NCBI GenBank assembly: GCA_944322625.1
Contig: CALUPN010000001.1
Location: forward strand, 1 to 57,494
Direction of reading: 5' to 3'
Length of the DNA stretch: 57,494 bases
Source: Candidatus Gastranaerophilales bacterium
GTDB lineage: Bacteria > Cyanobacteriota > Vampirovibrionia > Gastranaerophilales > Gastranaerophilaceae
Shown here: positions 38,130 through 47,901 of the stretch, one piece after another
Numbering within the stretch: position 1 is the stretch's first letter
Layout of the letters: the number at the start of each line of letters is the position of its first letter
Notes under the pieces: generated by a model
The model's database searches: none
The model's input: the letters and a program-made list of their open reading frames with translations, nothing else
Told to the model about the DNA's origin: nothing
Translations under genes and position numbers: made by a program

Positions 38130-39548
38130 TCATACATATATCATCTCCCATCCCTCTTTTTTATATGTTATACGTCTATTATTAAACGCACCATTTTTTC
38201 CTTTTAGTATGCTCACGTCGTCATCAAAATCATATACTTTGGCTAACTTTTTATTACCGTACGGTCTTTGGCAACGTCCTACACTTTGAATCACTGTTTT
38301 TCTATCTTTTATCGGGCTAGCCATAACAATATTTTCTAGCATCGGAACATCAAATCCTTCTGCAATCAACGAATATGTTGCTAACAAGTATTTATATCGC
38401 CCACTTCTAAAATCTTGAACAATTTTTTCACGGTCTTTTTTCTTCATTTTACTATCGATTCTAGCACATAAACTTAGACGTTCTTCAAACCATTTCAATT
38501 GGTCAACTCGTTCTGAAACAACAATGGAATATCCTCGTAAGTTTTTACACGTTTCTAATATCAATTTATTCCTATCAAAATTACTCGTTAAATCACTAAT
38601 CAGTTTTGTATAGACAAGTCTATCAGTAACGTCAAAACATTCGTCAGACGGCTTGTATTGTGTCTTTTTCATATACACTCTGGCTGGTACTTGGAATTGT
38701 TCCAACGGAACACGAACAACTTCGTTTCCGTCATAATAACCTACCAGATTATTTTTCTCTTTTTTTAGTTCATATATGACATTACCTAATATTTTTTCTG
38801 TTGTCTTTTGCAAACCGTCGGAACGTGATAATGTAGCGGTAAGACCAATTTTATATCGTGCGTTGAAATAATTTATACAAGTTTCAAACATTGTTACGGA
38901 TTCTGCGTTTGTTGCTAAATGGTGGCACTCGTCAACAATTATCATGCCGAATTCATTTTGTTTTATATTCTCATTTTTAATAACATTTGATAATGTTTGT
39001 ACGGTTGCGAAAACAATATCTCCACTTGAATCACATTTACCTTCTGTTATAGTACTGGTTGAACATACCAAATTATCTTCACAACGTTGTTTCGCTTGAT
39101 TCAACAGTTCTTTTGTATGTGTTAAAAATAAGGTATGTTGTTTTAACTCACTTGCACATTGTAATGCTATTTGTGTCTTACCAGTTCCGGCTGGCAAAAG
39201 TAATATTCCTGTCATGTATTTTTTCACCGCATTTATACATGGCTCTTGGTATGATCGTAATATGATGTTGCTTTGTATATTTCGTTTTGATATAGACGTA
39301 TAATCTTCATAATCTTCAATCTTCGGATGTATATTAAATATATCAGAAAAACAACCGATAGGAAGATATATATTATCGTTATATTTTTCATATAATTTTA
39401 TTGTCCTTGGTGTTTTTCCAAGCCAGAATCCAAGATGTTTCTTTTTCTCGTATTCCGGATTGCTAATTGTTAAAACTTTTTTGCAATAGTCTAATATATC
39501 TTTCGTCGGTTGTTGTATTTCTAATACATTAGATATTATTATCTTCAT
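38130..39548 (-). CDS. SF2 DEAD/DEAH-box helicase
   Basis: PAGTGKT, DECHH, LTAT, EGFD, QSVGR..R. Confidence 0.92.
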   Translation of the reverse strand: MKIIISNVLEIQQPTKDILDYCKKVLTISNPEYEKKKHLGFWLGKTPRTIKLYEKYNDNIYLPIGCFSDIFNIHPKIEDYEDYTSISKRNIQSNIILRSYQEPCINAVKKYMTGILLLPAGTGKTQIALQCASELKQHTLFLTHTKELLNQAKQRCEDNLVCSTSTITEGKCDSSGDIVFATVQTLSNVIKNENIKQNEFGMIIVDECHHLATNAESVTMFETCINYFNARYKIGLTATLSRSDGLQKTTEKILGNVIYELKKEKNNLVGYYDGNEVVRVPLEQFQVPARVYMKKTQYKPSDECFDVTDRLVYTKLISDLTSNFDRNKLILETCKNLRGYSIVVSERVDQLKWFEERLSLCARIDSKMKKKDREKIVQDFRSGRYKYLLATYSLIAEGFDVPMLENIVMASPIKDRKTVIQSVGRCQRPYGNKKLAKVYDFDDDVSILKGKNGAFNNRRITYKKEGWEMIYV

Positions 39549-40350
39549 CTAACTCCGTGAAATATGATTCCAATTTTCCAGTTTTCTTGTTGATGATACC
39601 ATATTCTTTTAGCACTTTTAATGTGTAATCCAAATCGTCAGATAATGATAATTTTGCACTAACTTCTTGTTTAAACTCTTTCAAATCTTGTAATTCTGCT
39701 TCTTTAGATTTTTCATAACATTCAATGTTTTCATTTGTAAAATCAGTTCTAACGTCAAATAAATAAAAGTTCGGATGACACTTAGTCACAAACACATGAT
39801 GGTTTCCATTTTCATCCATTTCTCTTTTATATAAGTCATCCATTTTTGCTTCGAATTCGTTTATCAATTCATTATATTCTTTTACGAACGGATTTTCATT
39901 TCGTTCTTCCTCAATCATTTCATCATAATCATTTTCAATTGTTCTCTCTGCTTTTTCGCAATATAATTCTAATAATTTGTTCATATCTTTTTTCTCTCCT
40001 TTTTCTTCATTCTCTTTTAACCATATCATACCATCGTGTGATGATAGATTTATTCCATACTTATCGATTGTGATACTTGTTTGCTTTAATGTATTTTCTT
40101 CTGCTGGTTCTAACATACTTTTAGTAAAAAACCAAGTTATATCACCAGATGTATCACTCCAATTTTCCAAGCCAATAATATCATCTTGGCTACTAATGCT
40201 CCTTATTGTCGCATATCGTCCACATAAATGACGCATACATCGGGTAAATACTATATCAGGTACCTTGATATCTCCATCAGAATCTGTTCCATATTCTCTT
40301 TCCATATCATCCCAATCACGGATTCGTACTCTATCTCCTACTTTGAACAG
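39529..40350 (-). CDS. Hypothetical protein (FKVGDRVRIRDWDDM N-terminal domain)
   Basis: Frame extends from track start 40305 to CTG at 40350; possible second start at MNKLL. Confidence 0.6.
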   Translation of the reverse strand: MFKVGDRVRIRDWDDMEREYGTDSDGDIKVPDIVFTRCMRHLCGRYATIRSISSQDDIIGLENWSDTSGDITWFFTKSMLEPAEENTLKQTSITIDKYGINLSSHDGMIWLKENEEKGEKKDMNKLLELYCEKAERTIENDYDEMIEEERNENPFVKEYNELINEFEAKMDDLYKREMDENGNHHVFVTKCHPNFYLFDVRTDFTNENIECYEKSKEAELQDLKEFKQEVSAKLSLSDDLDYTLKVLKEYGIINKKTGKLESYFTELDEDNNI

Positions 40351-40746
40351 CTAATCAACATCTCCCATCTCTGCTTTAAAACAGTCTTTTTTTAATTCTA
40401 AATATCCTTTATTTTCAAATGTTTCTCTACTTCTAATCCACGTCGTCCAAAAAACACCTAATTCGTCTGACTTTATCATGATGTAAATATTGTTTCCACT
40501 CCTATGAACGAAACGATCCAATTCATCACGTTTTTTATATATCCCAGAGCCTTTATAATATAATTTGTCGCTAGTTGTATGTTTCGCTTCAATAAACATG
40601 CAAGTACCTTTTTTTGCTACAAATATATCGCATATCGTACCATTAAATCCGGTTGGGAATTTGTATGAAAAATATCCTCTGTTTCTGTAATAACCAAGAA
40701 TTTCTTCTTCCCATTCTTTCCCAACTTCATATTGCTTAACACTCAT
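40351..40746 (-). CDS. PD-(D/E)XK nuclease / Holliday junction resolvase-like
   Basis: GKEWEE...CDIF...FIEAK. Confidence 0.75.
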   Translation of the reverse strand: MSVKQYEVGKEWEEEILGYYRNRGYFSYKFPTGFNGTICDIFVAKKGTCMFIEAKHTTSDKLYYKGSGIYKKRDELDRFVHRSGNNIYIMIKSDELGVFWTTWIRSRETFENKGYLELKKDCFKAEMGDVD

Positions 40747-40886
40747 GTTTTGTACATCCTAACGATTTTATATTTTTACTGTATCTACATTTGATCATAA
40801 ATTGTTTATATTGATAATCATTTTCAAATGTTTTTGAAAACGTTTTTCCAGTTTTTAAATCTTTAAAGTATCCAATCCACATATTC

Positions 40887-41123
40887 TTATCCTCGTTCTT
40901 TCGTTACTTCTCGATTATATTCTTCCATAACTTCATAAGGAATTCCCAAATGATTATGAATCTTTGCCATTGTTTTTTCTTGTAACGGCTTAAATCTTTG
41001 TTTCGTATCAAAGAAATATATAAGTGTACCTGGACAAAGTTCACATATTTCTGCCAGTTTTCTTATTGAACACTCACGTTTTCTTTTTTCCTCAAGCATC
41101 ATTTTATAAAATTCTGTATTCAT
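40887..41123 (-). CDS. XRE-type HTH protein
   Basis: SIRKLAEICELCPGTL; own TTGACT promoter. Confidence 0.7.
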   Translation of the reverse strand: MNTEFYKMMLEEKRKRECSIRKLAEICELCPGTLIYFFDTKQRFKPLQEKTMAKIHNHLGIPYEVMEEYNREVTKERG

Positions 41124-41185
41124 GTTTCCTCCTTTGTGTATAATATATCATAATTACTTGAAATAGTCAATAAATATGACTGATT

Positions 41186-41290
41186 TTGACAATATTTACA
41201 TATTGTTTTATAATTAAATACGTGCTTGATTTAATTTTAGTCATGCACAGTTTATCTCATTTCGAGGATTACTTATGTAATCCTTTTTTT
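41186..41290 (+). ncRNA. Candidate trans-acting sRNA (~41221-41290) with promoter
   Basis: TTGACA-17-TATAAT; hairpin, single-stranded linker, AGGATTAC/GTAATCCT+T terminator. Confidence 0.65.
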
Positions 41291-42104
41291 ATTCGTTTAA
41301 TTTGACAAATATACACATTCCTCTATCTTTTGTGAATGCTTTCTTAACTTTATATTCCACTGTTTTATCAGAAAAAGGTTTATCGAATACGGTTTCGTTA
41401 AAATGTTTCGCAAGAACCAATATTTCTTCATAATCTAATCTTGTTTTGAAGTACAATTCATTTATATACTCAAACAATTTATTATCTCTATCACCAACAT
41501 CGACATGAGTTGGTTTTTTATATGGTTCTTTTTTCTTATCTGTTTTTAGATTAGCATTTTCAAGTATGAATTTTTTTAGCAAATCGTCCATATCAGATAC
41601 ATTTGAATCCGATACCATTTTGTATTTTTTACTGTCTATCGAACTTGGTTCTACGACGATATATCCATCAGTACGAATGTCTATACCTTGATAATTTTCA
41701 AACACATTTGATCCGTTTGAAACATTTTTAAGTTCATCGTCAGTATGATATATGACATGAATTCCGCCACTTGGCGTTTCTTGTATTTTTGTATTACAAA
41801 AGTCATATAAATTGATTTCAAATGGATAATTAGATATGTCATTTAATATTCTATTAAAACTATCAATTCCATTTTTATTTTCATCGTGGACATCTAAGTC
41901 CAAAACAAACAATTCGTTTGGTGTACACGGAAGCCCCCAATTACAATTAGGACAATTTGTGTACCAATAAAGAACTTGCATATAATCTGATGAACAATCG
42001 TTTTGCCAATTCTCAATGATTGGCGTTTTCCCATTCGGTGAAACTGGAAAGATTTTTAATCCTTTATCGATGTAATTTTTTTTAATATATTCCCAGTTAC
42101 TCAT
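41289..42104 (-). CDS. Bifunctional primase-polymerase (Prim-Pol + PriCT-like)
   Basis: FP..PNGKTP, VLDLD, TPSGG.H, IDIR..GYIV.PS, GDRD. Confidence 0.88.
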   Translation of the reverse strand: MSNWEYIKKNYIDKGLKIFPVSPNGKTPIIENWQNDCSSDYMQVLYWYTNCPNCNWGLPCTPNELFVLDLDVHDENKNGIDSFNRILNDISNYPFEINLYDFCNTKIQETPSGGIHVIYHTDDELKNVSNGSNVFENYQGIDIRTDGYIVVEPSSIDSKKYKMVSDSNVSDMDDLLKKFILENANLKTDKKKEPYKKPTHVDVGDRDNKLFEYINELYFKTRLDYEEILVLAKHFNETVFDKPFSDKTVEYKVKKAFTKDRGMCIFVKLNE

Positions 42105-42694
42105 TACTTATCACCTTTTCTTTTACTAAGACCATATTTTACAACCAATTGTGAAACACGACCTGGTGTTATATTAAATTGTTTTGCTATTTCACATTGT
42201 TTCATTTTCTTATCTAACATTTCTTTTAATGTTTCTTTGTCAATTGTTATTCTATGTTTCTTTTCTACAACTTTATTTTCTATATCCGGTTTATAAGATA
42301 AAATATCATTTACATCTTGTTCTGATAATACGCGGTAGTTATAATCACTTTCATTCCATGCTTTTAACGCTTTACTAATTGAATTATATAAAAACTGTCG
42401 TCTTTCTTTATTCAATAACGAATGGATATTATCACGATAAACTTTACCAATACTCTGAATTACTTGTACGTGAACTCTGTATGATCTAACTTTTGAAATT
42501 TTATCACAAATTAATGCTTTTTGTTCCATTGTTAATTGTTCATCGTTATATTGAATCAGATGTAAATAATCAGATATTTCAAAATCACAATTTTGTTGTT
42601 GTTCTGGATTACTATCAATCATATCATCTATTTCATCCAATAATTTTAAAACATTCTGTAATTTTGCTAAAAATAAATTCTTTGTATCATTCAT
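42104..42694 (-). CDS. Protein with C-terminal HTH
   Basis: MKQCEIAKQFNITPGRVSQ. Confidence 0.65.
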   Translation of the reverse strand: MNDTKNLFLAKLQNVLKLLDEIDDMIDSNPEQQQNCDFEISDYLHLIQYNDEQLTMEQKALICDKISKVRSYRVHVQVIQSIGKVYRDNIHSLLNKERRQFLYNSISKALKAWNESDYNYRVLSEQDVNDILSYKPDIENKVVEKKHRITIDKETLKEMLDKKMKQCEIAKQFNITPGRVSQLVVKYGLSKRKGDK

Positions 42695-42781
42695 TATATT
42701 TTCCTCCTTTCATTAATAATATATCATAATACTATAAAATAGTCAATACAAAATAATAAAAAAGAAGGAATTTTTTTCCTT

Positions 42782-43642
42782 CTAATTTGCATTGATAAAT
42801 GGAATTGCACTATCTGTCATTGTTGTTGGTAACTGTCCGTTCCATTTTTCAATAAATTGTTGTGCTATGATTTGATCTGTCAATGATTGTTGCAACAAAG
42901 CATTTGCTTCTGCCTCACCTTGTGCCTCAACTTTTTTCTTTTCTGCGTCAATTTTAGCCTTTTCTAACTGATTCTTAGACGTTTCCACTTCTTGTTCTGC
43001 AACTGCCTTTTGTTCAATTGCTTGATTATATGATTCGCTAAAATCAAAATTATTAATTGAAACTGCTACACTATTAATTCCATACAATGAAATTCGTTCG
43101 TCTAATGTATTATTAATAGCAAGAGAAACATCACTACGTTTTGTAACCAATTCTTCTGCCGTATATTGTGAAATAACTGCCTTGATTGTTTCTTGAATTG
43201 CTGGTTCTAACACTGTTGTTTGATAATTAGTTCCAACAGTTTTGTATAAATCAACCGCTTTTGTTCCGTCAATCTGGTAATTGATAGAAACTTTGATGTT
43301 ATTTACAATTTGCAAATCTTTTGTTGACGTTGAAAATGCTTCCTCGTTTTCATACTTTTGTACCTTTACATTTATTTTTTTCATATCCTCAAAAGGTAGT
43401 TTGAAAACAATTCCTGTATCAGTTGTACTGCTCACAATTTCTCCAAATCTAACTTTGATCCCAACTTCGCCAGTTTTAATTGTTGTGAAACAACCGAAAA
43501 CGTTAAGTAGTAGGAATAAGAAACCAAGCAACATTCTTGGTCTTGCTTTCCACGAAATTGTTTCCGCATCTAAATCGATGCGTACACCTAAAACTAGAAC
43601 TGCTAAAATTGTCAAAATAACGCTTACAATAATTAAAATCAT
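42782..43642 (-). CDS. SPFH/prohibitin (band 7) membrane protein
   Basis: GEVG...FG, TKDLQ, AIEQK.VAEQ, EKWNGQLP. Confidence 0.9.
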   Translation of the reverse strand: MILIIVSVILTILAVLVLGVRIDLDAETISWKARPRMLLGFLFLLLNVFGCFTTIKTGEVGIKVRFGEIVSSTTDTGIVFKLPFEDMKKINVKVQKYENEEAFSTSTKDLQIVNNIKVSINYQIDGTKAVDLYKTVGTNYQTTVLEPAIQETIKAVISQYTAEELVTKRSDVSLAINNTLDERISLYGINSVAVSINNFDFSESYNQAIEQKAVAEQEVETSKNQLEKAKIDAEKKKVEAQGEAEANALLQQSLTDQIIAQQFIEKWNGQLPTTMTDSAIPFINAN

Positions 43643-43684
43643 ATCTCATTTCTCCTTTTCTAAAATATATCAAATTATTTCTTT

Positions 43685-43882
43685 TTAGTCAACATTATTT
43701 TTATTTTCTATATTGAATTTTTGCATATAGTATTCAATTGTCCTATTACCATTTCCAACAAGGCTAAAATCTTTTGTTTCGGTATTGTATGCGAAGTAAT
43801 CACTTCCTTCTTCATATCCTAAAAATTTTCCATCTTCCTTAAAACCAAGCTGTTTTAATTTTTGTAAAAGTTCCGTATCCAC
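43685..43882 (-). CDS. Hypothetical protein
   Basis: GGGGGTGA RBS, GTG start. Confidence 0.6.
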   Translation of the reverse strand: MDTELLQKLKQLGFKEDGKFLGYEEGSDYFAYNTETKDFSLVGNGNRTIEYYMQKFNIENKNNVD

Positions 43883-43924
43883 TCAATCACCCCCTTTCAT
43901 TGTTCTTATATTTCTTTTGCACTC

Positions 43925-44140
43925 TTATTCACAATATTCCTCCATTGGTTCTATTTTTAAATATTCTATTTCATCAGTATATATTTTTGTATGCCAATAA
44001 TTGTCATATTCACCATCACAATCCATTAAAGTATCAACACCTTCTAATATTATGAAATTTTCTTTCATCGAAATTTTTTCTAAATTATGACCGCCAACCG
44101 TTGATCCTGATTTATATTTATATTCATAATAATATTTCAT
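43925..44140 (-). CDS. Hypothetical protein
   Basis: ORF track. Confidence 0.6.
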   Translation of the reverse strand: MKYYYEYKYKSGSTVGGHNLEKISMKENFIILEGVDTLMDCDGEYDNYWHTKIYTDEIEYLKIEPMEEYCE

Positions 44141-44408
44141 TGTAAGTTCCTATTCTTAAATTAAAGTTTCCTACTTGTTCTATCATTTTATTTTGCAATG
44201 CTAATTGTTGCGCTTCTTTACACAATTTTATTTGTGCTTTTAAATAATCTATTAGTTCTTGTATTTTAATTATATCTGGAGTAATAAATTCAACTTTTAC
44301 TTTTTCATAATCATTTTCAACAGCCCATTTTTGTATATCTGAATATTGTTGTAATGTTTTACCATTATTACGACCGCCACATAATAATCTAATATTACCA
44401 GTTTTCAT
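44124..44408 (-). CDS. Hypothetical protein
   Basis: GAGGTGG RBS. Confidence 0.6.
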   Translation of the reverse strand: MKTGNIRLLCGGRNNGKTLQQYSDIQKWAVENDYEKVKVEFITPDIIKIQELIDYLKAQIKLCKEAQQLALQNKMIEQVGNFNLRIGTYNEILL

Positions 44409-44789
44409 TTATTCCACCTCATAAGCCATATTTTCAAATTGTTCTTTTGTTAATATTTTTGATATTTTCATATTCTTGTTTTTTTCTGAATATCTTTTAA
44501 TATTAAATAATTGATTTTCATTTTGAATATAATATATATCAATAAAAACCATACTTATTTCATTAACAAAATCTTTTATTAATAATATATCTCCTAATTC
44601 TATTAAATCCGTTACACTAAAACTAGCATTTAAAACATTTTTCTTTGATACCCAACAAACATTGTGACTATCTTTATCAATTCTTATTGTTCCATATCTT
44701 GTATCTTCTGGCAAGTCAACGATTTTTCTAATATATTGAACCCCATTTTTGTCTTTAAACCGAATATACATTCCTACTTCTAATTTCAT
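44409..44789 (-). CDS. Hypothetical phage protein, paralog of 1707-2072
   Basis: Shared N- and C-terminal motifs. Confidence 0.7.
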   Translation of the reverse strand: MKLEVGMYIRFKDKNGVQYIRKIVDLPEDTRYGTIRIDKDSHNVCWVSKKNVLNASFSVTDLIELGDILLIKDFVNEISMVFIDIYYIQNENQLFNIKRYSEKNKNMKISKILTKEQFENMAYEVE

Positions 44790-44795
44790 AAAACA

Positions 44796-45002
44796 TCAAT
44801 CCCACTTTCTTTTACTTTTATCGTATCTCCATAAATGCAATTTATTATAGTACATTTCATAAATGAACCTTGCTTTCTCATCGATTGTTTTCTTACATCT
44901 TAAACAAGTTCCAAACTTCCTAACATTTTCTTTACTGTTATTGTATGAACAATACGGACACACAACAAATTCAATTTTTTTCATTTCCTTTTTCAATTTC
45001 AC
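44796..45002 (-). CDS. Zinc-finger protein
   Basis: CPYC...CLRC. Confidence 0.65.
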   Translation of the reverse strand: MKLKKEMKKIEFVVCPYCSYNNSKENVRKFGTCLRCKKTIDEKARFIYEMYYNKLHLWRYDKSKRKWD

Positions 45003-45177
45003 TCACCCTTTTTATTTCAAAATTTTCTGGATGCTTTAATTTCTTTTTCATTTTTAAAGCACCTTTCATATCATAAACTGTTGCCTCATCGATATATGGT
45101 GTATAATGATTCAAATTCAATCGTTCATGACGTTTTAAATAAACATTATTCGCTATATGTTTTATCACGCATTTCAT
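44971..45177 (-). CDS. Hypothetical protein
   Basis: Overlapping operon gene. Confidence 0.55.
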   Translation of the reverse strand: MKCVIKHIANNVYLKRHERLNLNHYTPYIDEATVYDMKGALKMKKKLKHPENFEIKRVSEIEKGNEKN

Positions 45178-45448
45178 CGTATTTTATTCCTTTCTGTATT
45201 ATTCTTAATTTTCTTTGCAACATTACGTATTTTCTGCAAACATCGTAATAATAGTCCAACAATATTGTATAGTGTTTCTGTAACAATTCCAAATCGTTTG
45301 CTATATACGGATTCGATATAACATCATCGATATCTACTTCCCCTATTGTATCTCTAAATTCATAATCAAATTTTTCTTCATGATACGGACAATTTTTGCA
45401 ATGGCTATCCAAATCCGTATTGAGTATTTCTGGTATTAATGTACACAT
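45146..45448 (-). CDS. Hypothetical protein
   Basis: TAATG coupling; CKNCPY. Confidence 0.6.
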   Translation of the reverse strand: MCTLIPEILNTDLDSHCKNCPYHEEKFDYEFRDTIGEVDIDDVISNPYIANDLELLQKHYTILLDYYYDVCRKYVMLQRKLRIIQKGIKYDEMRDKTYSE

Positions 45449-45774
45449 TAAATCAATCCTTCACATAACATTTTATCGTGCCACTTATCATATTCATCAG
45501 GTTCACAATTATTCTCCAAGTATTCATCTTCTTTCAATTCATTATAGCACTCTTCACAACAATGTAACAAACGACCATCCCAATTTCTTACAACTGGTAA
45601 TTCTTTATCATCTTCTGGTATAAACAATTCTCCACAACATTCACATCTTCTCATGCAATGGATCGTATCATCAATTGTCCAATTATCTCCATTAGCCTCT
45701 ACCATTTCCTCATGTAATTTTTTAATTTCTGAAAATTCATAATCTTTAATATCTTTTAATTCCATTTTTATCAT
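45448..45774 (-). CDS. Zinc-ribbon protein
   Basis: CECCGE...CCEEC; behind TTGACT promoter. Confidence 0.65.
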   Translation of the reverse strand: MIKMELKDIKDYEFSEIKKLHEEMVEANGDNWTIDDTIHCMRRCECCGELFIPEDDKELPVVRNWDGRLLHCCEECYNELKEDEYLENNCEPDEYDKWHDKMLCEGLI

Positions 45775-45852
45775 TCCTTTCTTCATGATACTAATATACC
45801 ATAATATAATAAAATAGTCAATACTATTAATAAAAAAAGTTAGAAAATTTTT

Positions 45853-47874
45853 CTAACTTAATAAATTTATGATCGTATCCTTTTGAATACTTTCAACAGA
45901 CAAATCAATATCAACTGGAACTTCTCTTGGTACTTTTGTTTCTGTGCCTAGTTCATCATATACTGTATCATATACTGTTACAGTTGGTTTATCGGTCAAG
46001 ATTGCTCCTGATTCTTTCAACAAATTATTCAATTTCAATTGTGTTTTGGAATATGCTTGTAAATAATCGAATACTCCCATTGTTATTTTATTTCTACTTG
46101 ACGTTGATACACTAAGTCCTGCTGTAAAATCATTGAAATAAAATCTAATAGTATCTCCAATGACGATAAATCCGACAATCTTTTGTCTTTCTGTATTCTT
46201 AACAACCATATCTACTTTTTCCAAGATATTGTTTGGATTAATTACATAGTTTCTTCTAATATCTGGTTGAAAATTATCAGATTTTGCAATCACAAATTCA
46301 AATGGAACATCTTTGCTATTATATGTGAACATGTTACATGTCACTAAGAATGCACTATGTCCATAGTTCTTTCCAACATAGAACAACTCTGTCGCACCGT
46401 TTGGTAACTTAGCATCTGTTATATCTCCACTAAACAATATATTAGATGAACTACTTCTATAACTAGCATCCCATCCGAATACTTCTGACTTATTCATTTG
46501 TTTTAAATCCAAATCAACTCGTTCTTCTGTTAATGTCCTAAATGTATTTGAATATGGAATAGTAGAACCATATCTTTCAAGATTTTTCCAATGTATTCCA
46601 TAGACCATATCAGATTCCCTTGGTACTTCCAAGTATGATCCTTGTGGAATATTTCCAGAAAATTGTTTTTCACTTGTAGGTGCGGAATATGTTACGTTTG
46701 ATGGAATATAAATAGTCTTTCCTTTTACTTTTTCGGAAACTCTATTTTCTAGATGTTTTCTGACAATTTCTGTTCTCTTAACAAGTGTTAAAAATCTATT
46801 TTCTCTTCTTTCATGTTTTAACGTACTAACATATGACTTTCCGTTTCTAATACGATAAACAATATTATCATTTCCACCTAACGCATAAAGCATGGCATTT
46901 AAGATACGAATTTCTCTGAAAATCGTTATATCATCAAGTTTTTTAGTTAGTTCTTCATCAGAAATTTCTACTTTTTCATCTGTTAAACAATCTAACACGT
47001 TCTTAGGAAGTGGTTTATGATTATCATCTGCTAGTTTTCTAAGTTTATTTATGACACCATTCAATTCTTTTCTAGTAGAACTTTTTTCACTTGTATTTTC
47101 ATCACATTTTTTTACTTTTAATGCTAAGAATAAATTCTTATTTCTTAAAAATATTGATGATAACTTTTCATAGCCTTTTGGTGTTTTTGTAAGATATGAT
47201 TGAATCATTCCCAATGCCAGTTTTTTATCACTTTTTCTAACCATTTCAATCATTTCTGAACTTTGTATTTTCAAAGTACTTCCAGTTAATTTGAACAACA
47301 AGTATTTGAAAAATTCGTCTGGATTACGAGGCATGATGTTATATTTATCATACAACGTTATCTTAACTTCTCGGTTCTTGATTTCGTCAAATCTATCTTT
47401 ATCGATAAAATCTGATAATACCATGATGTCTTTTACAGTTTGTTCTGACAATGCGATTCCACTTGTAAGTAGATTCATTATTTTATCAGTCAATTCTTGT
47501 TCTGTATATGGACGGATTGAAATAAATTCAATTTGTTCCGCATCAAGTTCTGGAATTTCTAACTTTTCTTTTGGAATATATACCAAATCACTATCATACA
47601 TTCCTAACGATTCGAAACCATAAGTTGTAATATAATGAATCATTTGTTGTGCAATCAAATCTTCAATTGGTGCGTTTTTTACAATCTCAAAATCTTTGTG
47701 AAATGTTTGATTCCATTTTTCACCGTTTTTTCCATACATTTCGATTGCATTTTTTACGGTTTCTTCATCTGCCGTGCTAGGAATCAATAGTCCATACTTT
47801 AAAGCATATTCGTTGATATTATCTGATTTTTCTCCTAAATATCCTTTAAATAATCTTAAAATTTCTTTTTTCAT
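45853..47874 (-). CDS. 673-aa protein: helical N-terminal region plus C-terminal TerD-like domain; candidate RNA-binding partner of the upstream array
   Basis: GIHW...VDLDL...GW...FSGDITDA..PNGATE resembles TerD-family motifs. Confidence 0.6.
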   Translation of the reverse strand: MKKEILRLFKGYLGEKSDNINEYALKYGLLIPSTADEETVKNAIEMYGKNGEKWNQTFHKDFEIVKNAPIEDLIAQQMIHYITTYGFESLGMYDSDLVYIPKEKLEIPELDAEQIEFISIRPYTEQELTDKIMNLLTSGIALSEQTVKDIMVLSDFIDKDRFDEIKNREVKITLYDKYNIMPRNPDEFFKYLLFKLTGSTLKIQSSEMIEMVRKSDKKLALGMIQSYLTKTPKGYEKLSSIFLRNKNLFLALKVKKCDENTSEKSSTRKELNGVINKLRKLADDNHKPLPKNVLDCLTDEKVEISDEELTKKLDDITIFREIRILNAMLYALGGNDNIVYRIRNGKSYVSTLKHERRENRFLTLVKRTEIVRKHLENRVSEKVKGKTIYIPSNVTYSAPTSEKQFSGNIPQGSYLEVPRESDMVYGIHWKNLERYGSTIPYSNTFRTLTEERVDLDLKQMNKSEVFGWDASYRSSSSNILFSGDITDAKLPNGATELFYVGKNYGHSAFLVTCNMFTYNSKDVPFEFVIAKSDNFQPDIRRNYVINPNNILEKVDMVVKNTERQKIVGFIVIGDTIRFYFNDFTAGLSVSTSSRNKITMGVFDYLQAYSKTQLKLNNLLKESGAILTDKPTVTVYDTVYDELGTETKVPREVPVDIDLSVESIQKDTIINLLS

Positions 47875-47901
47875 TTTATCTCATTTCTCCTTTTTATTAA
47901 T

